Source: Ministeria vibrans ATCC 50519 (lineage: Eukaryota > Protista > Filasterea). From it: DNA of 35,082 nt. Below the pieces are notes generated by a model that worked only from the letters and a program-made list of their open reading frames with translations, was not told the DNA's origin and searched no databases. The DNA is taken from NCBI GenBank assembly GCA_943704425.1, contig CALSCP010001228.1, positions 1-35,082 on the forward strand, written 5' to 3'. Each line of letters starts with the position of its first letter. Position 1 is the first letter of the stretch. This document shows, in pieces, positions 1 through 10,100 of this stretch. The position numbers and the translations under genes are program-made.

Positions 1-181
1 CCTCGCGCAACACCAGTGGTTTGGGGACTGGCGAGTCGGGTGGCGCGTTGACCGGCAGTTCGTCGGCGTTGACTGTCTCCTTTTCTCTCTTTCACTGTGA
101 CATCCACTTTATCTCTCACTCTCTCGCTCTCTGTGTGTGTTTCACTATCTGTCTCTCATTCTCTGCCGTTTCCCCTTGTAG

Positions 182-653
182 AGTGACGGAGCGGCAACGA
201 TCCGAACGCGCAAGTTCTTGACGAACCGACTCTTGGAGCGCCGTCAAATGGTTGTTGATGTTCTGCACCCCGGCTCGGCCGGTATGGCCAAGAGCGAGAT
301 CCGCGAGCGTCTCGCCAAGATGTACAAGTCGCAGCCCGAGAACGTGTACGCTTTTGGCTTCAAGAACGCCTTTGGCGGAGGCCGATCCACCGGCTTTGCC
401 CTCATCTACGACAGCGACGCCGCCGCCAAGAAGTTCGAGCCCAAGTACCGCCTTCTGCGCCAGACCGGCACCGAGCGACCCGTTGGCTCGCGCAAGCAGC
501 GAAAGGAGCGCAAGAACCGTCAGAAGAAGTACGCAACACAGTCAAAAAAAAAATATATATATATATATATATTGTGTATTGATTCTCATTTATCTCGTCT
601 GTAGGGTTCGTGGTATCAAGAAGGCCAAGGTCAGCGGTGGCAAGAAGAAGTAA
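182..653 (+). CDS. RPS24: 40S ribosomal protein S24 (eS24); exons 182-528 and 605-653; the ATG-bearing first exon lies upstream of the window
   Basis: Acceptor ...ccccttgtag at 181 follows a CT-rich tract. The exon reads [31 protein letters not shown]...[21 protein letters not shown]...KKFEPKYRL...[14 protein letters not shown] 76-bp GT-AG intron (529-604) joins in frame to [16 protein letters not shown]. The eS24 signature is unmistakable. Confidence 0.97.
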
Positions 654-826
654 AAAATACAATTGTGTCTCTTTTAAAAAAATACAATACCAAAATCGTC
701 GAACCGAACGTGTGAAGACCAGCAATGCTAGCTAGCTAGGACACCTGTCTGGCATGGAGACAAATAACTTTTACACTGTACACGCGCAGTCAAGGCCCCT
801 CAGGCAGACTGCACCCCAGCCACCAT

Positions 827-1215
827 TCAAGTGAGTTCGGCAAGGCGTGAGGCGAGTGTGGCGGCAAACGCTTCACGATACTTTGCACTTTTACTTGTGA
901 GCAGCGCAGGCAAGGTCTCAAAGTGGCTACCCTCCACCTAATGCAAACGAGTGAGTGCGTGTCGGCGCTTGCTGGGTCGCGAGCGTACTTCATAGCCCTG
1001 GACGGACACGCGCACTGTGAGCGAATCACCCTCCAATGTCACCACTCGCAGCCGAGCAGCGGCCACGGAGGCATCAATGACCGTTGCCGACTGTACAAAG
1101 GGTGCCACCTCGGCAGTAGCCTACAGCATTGCACACAGTTGAGACCGCTTTTCTCTCTTAACTGATGTTTACTTACAAGTTTCGACTCGTCCACGAAAGA
1201 TTCGCAGTTTGCCAT
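827..1215 (-). CDS. GSKIP: GSK3-beta interaction protein (GSKIP/DUF727 family), 93 aa, 3 exons (1215-1177, 1120-989, 937-827)
   Basis: Two phase-0 GT-AG introns (56 and 51 bp) give MANCESFVDESKL-ATAEVAPFVQSATVIDASVAAARLRVVTLEGDSLTVRVSVQGYE-VEGSHFETLPALLTSKSAKYREAFAATLASRLAELT*. The C-terminal ET-x2-LL-x3-S-x2-YREAF-x3-L-x2-RL pattern matches GSKIP as recalled. It is absent from the ORF track. Confidence 0.85.
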
Positions 1216-1376
1216 TTGCGACGTGCGTTTCAATGAACAACTCAACAACAGTCCACGGAGCCCACACCTTCCACACAGAGGTCAACAGAAATGAGACAAA
1301 TCTCAAAAAAAACAAAAAAAAAAGGATCAAAAAATAAAAAATATAATGACATAATTCATAAATCTTTTAATGAAAA

Positions 1377-4300
1377 TCAACCGAGTACACTCTGCGATGC
1401 CCAAAAGTATGGACTGGCCAAGGGGAGAGAGCTTTCGGAGTCAGCGTGCTCGGGAAGAACGCCACCGCAGACGTTGCGCGTGTCGTCGATGGTGAGTGAG
1501 CGCATCCAGAGCTGAGCGGTGGCGAGGGCGGCGGGAGGAGCGCGCCACGACTGTGAGAGAGAGCGAAGCATCTCGAGGTGGAACAGGGTGACGAGATCGG
1601 GGGGAAGAGACGGCAGCGAAGTGTAGACGACGTGCTCAGCGCCCGCGTACAACAAGGCAGTCGGCAGGAAGAGCGCTGAGTTGTGGGGCGACGCGACCAC
1701 AATTGAGCCCATATTAAAGTGGGGCAGCATGCACAGACGACACTCAGGCAGCCGCAACGATCCGAGGATCTTGTCCGCGTGCACAATCAAGCGCGCATCC
1801 ACGTCGGGTACTGTCGGTGCCTTGCGTCGCATCGACTGGCGATGTGGGTTGTGCGCAGAAGGAGACGCCGAAACGAGCTGCAATGTGCTCGCGCCCGCCT
1901 CAATGAGATTCGCTTGGGCCTCGCAGGCAATGTAGAGCAGGCGCGCTTCATCCTTGCCCAATGACCGTAGCAGCGTGCCTCCGTCGTCAGTCGCGACCAC
2001 TCGTGCAGCAGACGCATCGTTGTCACCAAACGCGCGCAGCTGTGTTAGCACACTCTGGACGTTCTCAGATCGCTCATTGGCAGTCACGACGGTGGCGGGA
2101 CGCAGAGGCGTAGGCGTAGCCGTCGCAGGTGGGTCGCGTCTTCTGGTGCGCTGGCGCCACACGAGGTAGTTGCACGACGGAACCGCACGCACACCGTCCA
2201 GCAGCAGGTCGCAGAGCAGCTGACCGCCGTGTGTCGACACAGACAGTGACGACAGCGGCACCCACTCGAGCGCGTGATGCAGCCCAATTACAATCTGTGT
2301 CGCGCCCATCTCGAGCGCCTGTGCGTAAATCTCGTTGACATTGAGTGCTTCGGAAATGTCCACAAGCTGCTGCGAAAGCACAGTTGCCGAGAGGCTTCCC
2401 TTGCCATTTACAACCGCCTGGTACGCCTCCACCGCATCCAGCAGTCGCGCACCCCCCGCATTCGCCGCAATCACCTCGACACGATCTGTATGCAATGCAA
2501 ACGTAAAAGCCCGTCCGCCTGCACTGAAATGCTCAAAGACGGCCGTCACCTTGGCAACGCCGCCCTTGGTGGCGCGCGGCCAGTCCTCGTGCGCCACCGC
2601 TGCAAGCACATCGGCGCGCGAGGGCACTGCCAGTGGCGTACACATGGCCCCATACACCGGATCGTGTGTGTCGACAAATGTATGCCACTCGCGCGCCACC
2701 CCCTGAAACGCGTCAAAGGACGCACTCGCTTCGTCAGCCGCATGCGCCACAAAGGCTTCCCGCACGCGTGCTGTCAACGCCTCAAACTGCGTCCGGAGGG
2801 CGCCGTCGGCGGCGGCAAACGAGGGCATGACACGCCCGGCAACGGCGTGCGCCAACCGCGACGCCTTGCATCGTGCCACATAGCCCAGGGCCTCTTCGGG
2901 CGCCTTGAGCATCACCAGACTCGTCACGCTGTTTGCATACAGCGCAAACAGCTCGTCGGCAAGCTGCAGCCGATGGCGTATCGACACATCCACCCCCGCC
3001 GCAAAAAAGAACACAAAGACATCCATGCGCTCCACCTGCGCCAGTGCACTCGTCCACACCCGCTTCGCCTCAGCAATTTGCCCCGCATTCACATATGCCA
3101 GCCCCAAATTCCGCGCACACTGCGCGTACTCGATCGTGTCTCGCCACGCATGTCGCTCAGACAAACTTGCTTCCAAGTGCGTTATAGCTTTGCGTACATT
3201 CTCCGCTTTGTCCCCTACACAAAAAAAAATTCAAGCTTAATCACGAGCTGCCACACACACAAGCACACACACACACACATTAAGCACACATTAAGCACAC
3301 ATTAAGCACACACTNNNNNNNNNNNNNNNNNNNNNNNNNNNNNNNNNNNNNNNNNNNNNNNNNNNNNNNNNNNNNNNNNNNNNNNNNNNNNNNNNNNNNN
3401 NNNNNNNNNNNNNNNNNNNNNNNNNNNGCACACATTAAGCACACATTAAGCACACATTAAGCACACACTAAGCACTAAGCACACACACACACACACTTCG
3501 TTTCTCTCTCCCCTTTTTTTCTCTCTATCACTTTGTTGTTTTTCTCCCTCCTCTCTCTCTCTCTCTTGTTCTGACCAACAATCCGCTCCAGCAACGTAAT
3601 GGCAATGTTATTGTGCATGAGACACCACTGCTTGGTGTACTTCTTCTTGTCAAACGACAGAAGTGCATTTTGAGCCAGTTCCAGTGACTGCTCCAGATTG
3701 GCCGAGCGGTCTCCGCGCTCTCTCTGGCGATAGCACTCCGCCAGCACATTCGCCAGCATTGCGTCGCGCGCCATCTTCTCGTCCTCTGCAGCGTCATTCT
3801 CATCGCCCCCGCCGCCGCCGTGTAACTTACGCTCCGCCATCACTCGCTCGTACAGTTCAATGGCCTTTTCGACATTCTCTTCGTGCTCGCCGATTGTTCG
3901 GTCCTCATATAGCGCCGCCAGCGACATGGTCACCTCACACCACTCTTCAAAGTCCGTCGGATTGTCGCCATGAATTACCAGCGCCGATTCGTAATGTTCG
4001 CGAGCATTCTAACAGCAAAAGTATAATACCGAAAATGAACGCAAGTAAATTTGCGGCATTGCGTTCTCTCACCTCTTGGTTCGCCACCAGATCGCCATAG
4101 CAACGATTTCTGTACGCATGAGCCATCAACTTTAGTGCCAATGCAGACAGGTGCACCGACGCGGGACTGACGCTCTTCTCACTCTGCAGCATCTCCACAA
4201 TTTGTCGAAGCTACACAAGAGACAACAAAGATCCAAAAAAAAAAATGTAGACGAATAAAGTTAGGACGAATAAAAAAAGAGTCCTGAGAAGTTTCGATGG

Positions 4301-4753
4301 AATCAAGGGCGCCATATGACTCCATCAAAGGATGCGCGATCGACCTACCTTGCGAATGGCAGCCTCGATGTCGGAGGAGTGCACATAGTGCTGGGTACAC
4401 TGCGACAGAAGCTGACGTGCCCTGACAACCGTCTCACTCTCTCCTGCGGTCGCCAACGCCTTAAGCTGCTCGACACTTTGGTGGCGTCTACACACACAAG
4501 AGGCGGGGTCAGACGCGCGCGAACGCAAGACGCCGCGCAGACGGCGGGCGGGGAGGGGGGCGAGGCAACGGACCGTTTCTGAAACGATGCACTCACGGCC
4601 TCGTCCTTACCTCACAGACATCCGCTGGGCCGATGCACGACTCCCCCATCTCGGCAAAGGCGCGCCCCCGCCGTCGTCCGTGCCGGCAGCCCTGCTGCCT
4701 CCCTCCTCCAGCTCCACATTCTCTGTCGCTTCCTTGCTTCCGCTGCACCCCAT
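1377..4753 (-). CDS. TPR-repeat + CHAT (caspase HetF-associated with TPRs) domain protein, ~896 aa, predicted N-myristoylated/palmitoylated, probable pseudo-protease; exons 4753-4611, 4487-4349, 4210-4073, 4008-3576, 3214-1377
   Basis: All four GT-AG introns splice in frame. The N-terminus is MGCSGSK. Repeats read GDLVANQENAREHYESAL, GEHEENVEKAIELYE, GDRSANLEQSLELAQNAL...WCLMHNNIA and GDKAENVRKAITHLEASL...ARNLGLAY. CHAT-type motifs are HHALEWVPL, VPSCNYL, LPTALLYAGA, ALATAQLWMR and SPYFWA. Intron 4 contains an assembly gap. Confidence 0.85.
3252..3496. repeat. Intronic minisatellite (11-bp ttaagcacaca units plus CA runs) flanking an assembly gap (N run 3315-3427)
   Basis: Tandem ttaagcacaca units are visible on both sides of the N stretch, inside intron 4 of the TPR-CHAT gene. 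Confidence 0.9.
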
Positions 4754-5419
4754 CGCGATGAGAGAAACGCCCCCAAGTGACTCAACCACTACCAAATGGC
4801 CAAATTACACGCTAGTCGAGCACTTGACGGAGCAGACGGGAAAATAAAAAGTGAAGTAGCTATTTACTGTGAAGTAAATACAAAAATCTCAATGTCAAAA
4901 ACAAAACAATATACAAAACAAAGCAGCACAATACTTCCGCCGTAGACTTTAAGAATCAACTAATCAAGACGAGTTTTAGACGACTAGAAGAGAATGTCCC
5001 GAAAGAGAAGTAGGATCTTTAGTTTCACTCTTCAGTCTTCTTTCCAATAGGATAATCATCAACCACGATGTCTTCGAATCTATCGAATACCTTATACCTA
5101 CCAGTCACTAGTGCCCCTAGTCTCCGACAGCTCCGTACTCTCGTCTCCGACTGGAAGCAACTGTCGCACACGCTGGTGCGGCTGGGCAGAAAGAGAGAGA
5201 ATACACATATAAAAGAGAGTAATACAATGCTTCCGCCACGGACTAACTCCAAAAGGATGGGGCGCCTATAGACCCACAAATACGCTCTCACAGCGAGCGT
5301 ACGAAGAATTCGAAGAATTCGAGGAACAGCACATAATAATAATTGTTCACAGTTCACGGTTTCTTCTTCTTTGATAAGGATTACCGACTAACACTTTTTA
5401 TTATGCTTGCCATCCTGAC

Positions 5420-6696
5420 ATGAGGTTTCCGCTCCCTGCCTTACTTTCCGCCATCACCTTTGCCATTGGGTATTTGAGTGCGCTTACCTTACACAGTACG
5501 CCTAGTACAAGAACAGAGAAGAGCCGTTTTATGTCGCGTGAGGTATTTTTCTTCCTCTGCTCTGTCCAGCTGCCGTTGACGTCTCGCCCGATTGCCCCTC
5601 AATACCATCGCCAAGATGCCCAGCGCAGCTCCCAACGATCATACGGGTGCCTGATGGACGTCTTGTTGAGAACGGCACGCGCTCTTATCCGGCCGACTGG
5701 TCACTGTCGGAGGCGATGCAATCGGCCACCAAACTCAACAAGCGCGTACGTGAACGGCTCTATCTCTTTGTCATGCTTGACGCAGGCAACCCCGTCATGG
5801 CACTGCACGTGCTACGACACTACCTGCATCTAGGAGTTGCTCCGCAGAACTTCCTTCTCATGATTCTGGCACACCCGGCTGCTCCATCTGAGATAGAGGC
5901 ACAGCATCAGCTGCAGGCGATGCTCGAGCACCACGGTCTCCACCGCGTCTGGTCAATTGTCGAAGAGTGGGACGACGGTGCCGCAGTGCACTTGCGTCTC
6001 TCTATGATGATCCACTACAACTTGGCCGAATTTTCACAGTGGGTCATTCCGGCCGACATGGACGAGCTCGTCGAGTTTGGCGAGCCTCTCGACAGTCTCA
6101 TCCAGCGTCTCGAAACCAAGGATATCGACTATGTCTCGGCCGAGTGGATTGATCGTGTGACACCCTCCGGCGTTCTCGCACCCGTGCCCGCCGACCCAAA
6201 TGCGCTGTGGGACATCTTTTCGTTCGAATGTCCACAGTTCTACGAGCGTTTCGCACGCAACAAACCCGATAAACCACTGCGCAAGGTTGTGTTGCATCGC
6301 GGTTGGGTACGCACAGCGCCAGGAAACCACTACCCAACGACCTTTGAGAAGTGTCGCATCGGTGAGTTCTTCCCGAGCCACAACATCCCGCGCTCCAACC
6401 AGCCGTGCCTCGGCCTCCTGCCCACCGTCTACGCCCCAAGCATGACGCAGGACGAGCTTGAACGCATTCAACGACGACGTTTGGTAGTTAAGGAGCAGGA
6501 GGCGGGTCGTGTGCACCACTTCAAGTGGACGGCAGGCGTCATTGAGCGTATGCAGGAACGCTTCCGTGTTACCTCCCGCGCACGCGTCTCCAATGCTAAG
6601 GACTTCAGCCTCATGGCCGACTACCTCGTCCAGCATGGCCGGCGCGTTCCTGTCGAGTCCCTCCACTGCGTCCAGGGCTACTCTCCTGCTCCGTGA
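5420..6696 (+). CDS. Type II membrane glycosyltransferase, GT-A fold (GT2-like / Glyco_tranf_2_4- or GT92-like), ~400 aa; exons 5420-5495 and 5570-6696
   Basis: Hydrophobic N-terminal anchor MRFPLPALLSAITFAIGYLSALTL. A 74-bp phase-1 intron (a|gtacgc...gtccag|ct) joins to a Pro/Cys stem. The catalytic region has LRHYLHLGV, a DxD motif (WVIPADMDELVEF), WIDR, KVVL...PGNH and a C-terminal HHFKW. Confidence 0.75.
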
Positions 6697-7192
6697 CATT
6701 CATGTCACATTTTGTTCATTTCACGACCATGTAAACAATAAACCGCGGTGTATCAAAATCTTCAAATCACGCGCCTCCAGGAAATCTACATCATATCTCT
6801 AATCTCTTGCCCGGGTGGCGTGACACGACAGCTGATCAGGTGTGGAAACGATAATTTCCGTTCTGTCCATGCCGAATTAAATTGCCGATCAGATGAGCCG
6901 AGTGGAGTATGCTGATCGCTGTTAATGACTTTTAATGCTGTATGATCACTTGTCACTTGTCACTTGTGACTCTGGACTCACTTGTGAGTTGTGACTTGAT
7001 CAATAAATTATCAGGCTGTCCACTCCACACTGCAGCCTGCAGGAGTGCTGCAGGACGAGTAACCGAGTTATTTATCAGTTTCAGTTTCAGTTTTAGTCAC
7101 CACTCAGTTCACGGGCCACCACCGTTATTTCACTTTGCACCATCTCTCTCTCCCTCTGTGCATCTTAAACATAACTATAGTTGTGCCACAGC

Positions 7193-10100
7193 ATGATGGG
7201 CGTCAAGAGTGTCGATGCGGCAGTTTTTGCCACAAAGGTTCGTTTTTTTTTCTGCTTTTCCTGACTCCTCAGTCAGAGCATTCCCCTACCCCTCGTGGTT
7301 CCTTTACCGCCTTTGTCTTGTTCTACTACCCTTTCGTCGTCTCCAACCCTTGCTGGACGCGTTCAGATTCGATTAAATTTTCTATTCCATTCAACTTTTC
7401 AATTTCGGCGCCAAAACCGTTTTTCACTTCGTTTGCCCATTTCTTAGGCTGTCGTTGACGGGCCATCGATGCTCATGGACGAAAATGAGGATGTCGACGA
7501 AGAACTGGTCGTCGAGCCGCCGGCGCCGCCTGTAGCAGCAACAGGAGCGGTCGAACAGGCGAAGAAACGACGGCGCGCAAGCGACAACGACAGCGACGCA
7601 GACTACACGACGCCCACGAAGAAGAGCGCGTCGAGTGCGTCCAAGAGGAAGCAGCAGCAGCAGCAGCAGAACAAGAAGAAGAAGAAGAAGAAGAAGAAGG
7701 AGGAGGAGGAGGCAGGCGCGGCTCAGGGCGCGAGGAAGGCAGGTGGTGCATCGCCGAAATCGCCCAAGGATGTGGAGGCGGAACTGGCGCGGTTGCTTGC
7801 CGACGACAGCGGCGACGATGATGCCGGCGACGGGGGCGCGGACGGCGAAGCGGCCATCAACACCGACGATTTGCTGAGCGACAGTGACGACGACGACGCG
7901 GCCGCAGCCAAGGCGAAACCGCTAGAGTTCTCGACGCCGAGCAAACCTGGCGGTTTTGTCGGCAAGTGCACTCTTGACACGTTCAGCAGCGACGAAGAAG
8001 AGTCGATTAAGGCGCTCATGAAGGAACGAAAAAAGGCCCACAAACGTGAGAAGAAGCAACAGCGACGGAAGGAGGAAGAGAAGACGGAGGCGCGCGCCAA
8101 GCATCGGTCCGAGGCGTCCGCCACACCATCAACAACACAAACAATGACATCAACTGCAACGGCCATGTCTGCTGCTGCAACAGCAACAACCACACCCGAA
8201 TCAACATCAACAACGACAGTCATTGCCACAAACGCACTCGCGACAGCACGCGAGTCGTCCGCCGACATCGGCGACTCGTCTCGCCCCATTGCGCCCCCAC
8301 AAAGCACAGCAGCAAGAACAACAACACCACCACCGCATTCGGATTCCACACGTGCAGTAGCAGCAGCAGCAGCAGCAATGCCTAGGGTTTTGTCATTTTC
8401 ACCCGACGACAAGTCTGAGTCTGACAAGGGCTCCTCGCCAACAACACACAATAACGCCGACAACAGCGACGAAGAGGAGACGGGTGTCGCGGTGCGACGT
8501 CGTCGGTTGACGCACGACGACAACAACAACAACCCTGTACCAGAGGAGGCCCAACAGGCGAGTGGCGGGGCAGCGCCGCTGGTCCTGACACGCGCCATGC
8601 TGCGCGGGGAGCAGATAGAGGACGACCTGTTTATGCGTCGCATGAAGGGCGGTGGGAAGTTGCGGGATGTGTTTACGGCGTCGGGCTCGGAGGACGACGA
8701 GAGCGATGTGGAACGACGTGAAACAGATTTGCAGGCGATGTTGGCCGAGGCGCAGCGATTGAAGAAGAGGAAGAAGAAGGACCGCAAGCGACGACGAGAA
8801 GAGCGCGATGCGGAGCGTGAGGAGGAGGAAGAGGACAGAGCGGTACGAGAGGCGCGTGCGAGTCGCAGTGGCAGTGGTGGTGAAAGTGCAAGTGGTGGGC
8901 ACCAAGAGGATGAAGGGTCGCATGCGAGACGCAAGAAGAAACGGCTGAGCGAGAACCAGCGTCGACAGGCCAAGTTTGAGAACACACGAGAGTCACAACG
9001 ACTGGTGCGAGACATACCTGATGCTCCTTTGCCCATTGCCACTTGCCAGGCCAAGCCTATGGCGCCCGTTCTCTCGAAAATGCGCGAGCTCTCCCAAAGT
9101 CGACTGGCGAGTGTGCGCGGAACGCCTGTCACGTCCGTCTCGTCGGACGTGTCGCAACGGACCGTGTCGTCCGTCAGTCAGAGTGCCAAGCCGAAGCGCA
9201 TTACTGCTCTTCTGGGACGTTTTGCCTTGGCAGCTGATCAACAGCGCAAGAAGGGACTGCTCGAGTTGGTGCCGACGCTAGGCAAGCGGACGGACAGCAG
9301 CTCGACGACTGGCACTGGTGTGCTTCAAATGGAGAAAGGCAGCGGCAAGACTGCAGCCTCTACCAATAGTACTACTAATGCGAACACCGACAACGATGAG
9401 GACGATGACGATGATTTGGTGGTGGTAGAGCCGCTGCAAGCGGAGGTGTCCAAGACTAAGACTCGCTCGGAACTGAAGAGCGAAATGCAACGTGCTATTG
9501 CGCAAAAACGACTCGAGGAACGACTGCGCGCGGAAAAGTACCGGCGTATGGACGACGACGAAGAGCTTGACGAAGAGGAGGGTGAGGGTGAGGGTGAGGA
9601 GGAGGAGGAGGAGGAGGAGGGCGAGGGCGAGGGCGAGGGCGAGAAAGAGGCTGATGGAGATGAAAGCGATCCCGAGTATGCCATGGGCGATGATGATGGT
9701 GGAAAGATGGACGGGGAGCGGGCGGACGATCATGATATTCTCGAGGGAGGTGCGTCGTCAGGCAAGGAAGGCGACGAAGCCGAGGAGGATGAGGAGGGAG
9801 ACGAAGAAGACCAAGAGGAGGAGGAGGAGGACGTCGACGAGAAGCATGTGGAGCGTATGACACGAGGCCAATCGCCTGAGCTGTGCAAGGCGCCTGTAGC
9901 GCGGCCTTTCTCGCCATTTCGTGAGCCTGTCGAGGACACGCAGGATCTGTTTGCAAACGCGCAGAGTCAGTATGCCACGAGCTTTGAAAACCAATCGACC
10001 CTGATGCTTCAATTGCCGGAAGAGTCGCAGGGTCTGAGTTTGGCGTTGGTGGAGGAGGACGACGAAGAAGCCGCCAAGACGGTGCTGACGAACAATGCAA

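Noticed and set aside
3315-3427. N run as a biological feature
   Set aside because: It is an assembly gap within a repeat-filled intron. The exons on each side join in frame, though a hidden extra exon cannot be excluded.
1377-4753. TPR-CHAT as part of a CRISPR type III-E (Craspase) or other prokaryotic defence locus
   Set aside because: The gene has spliceosomal introns and eukaryotic neighbours; there are no cas genes, array or operon, and the catalytic dyad appears lost.
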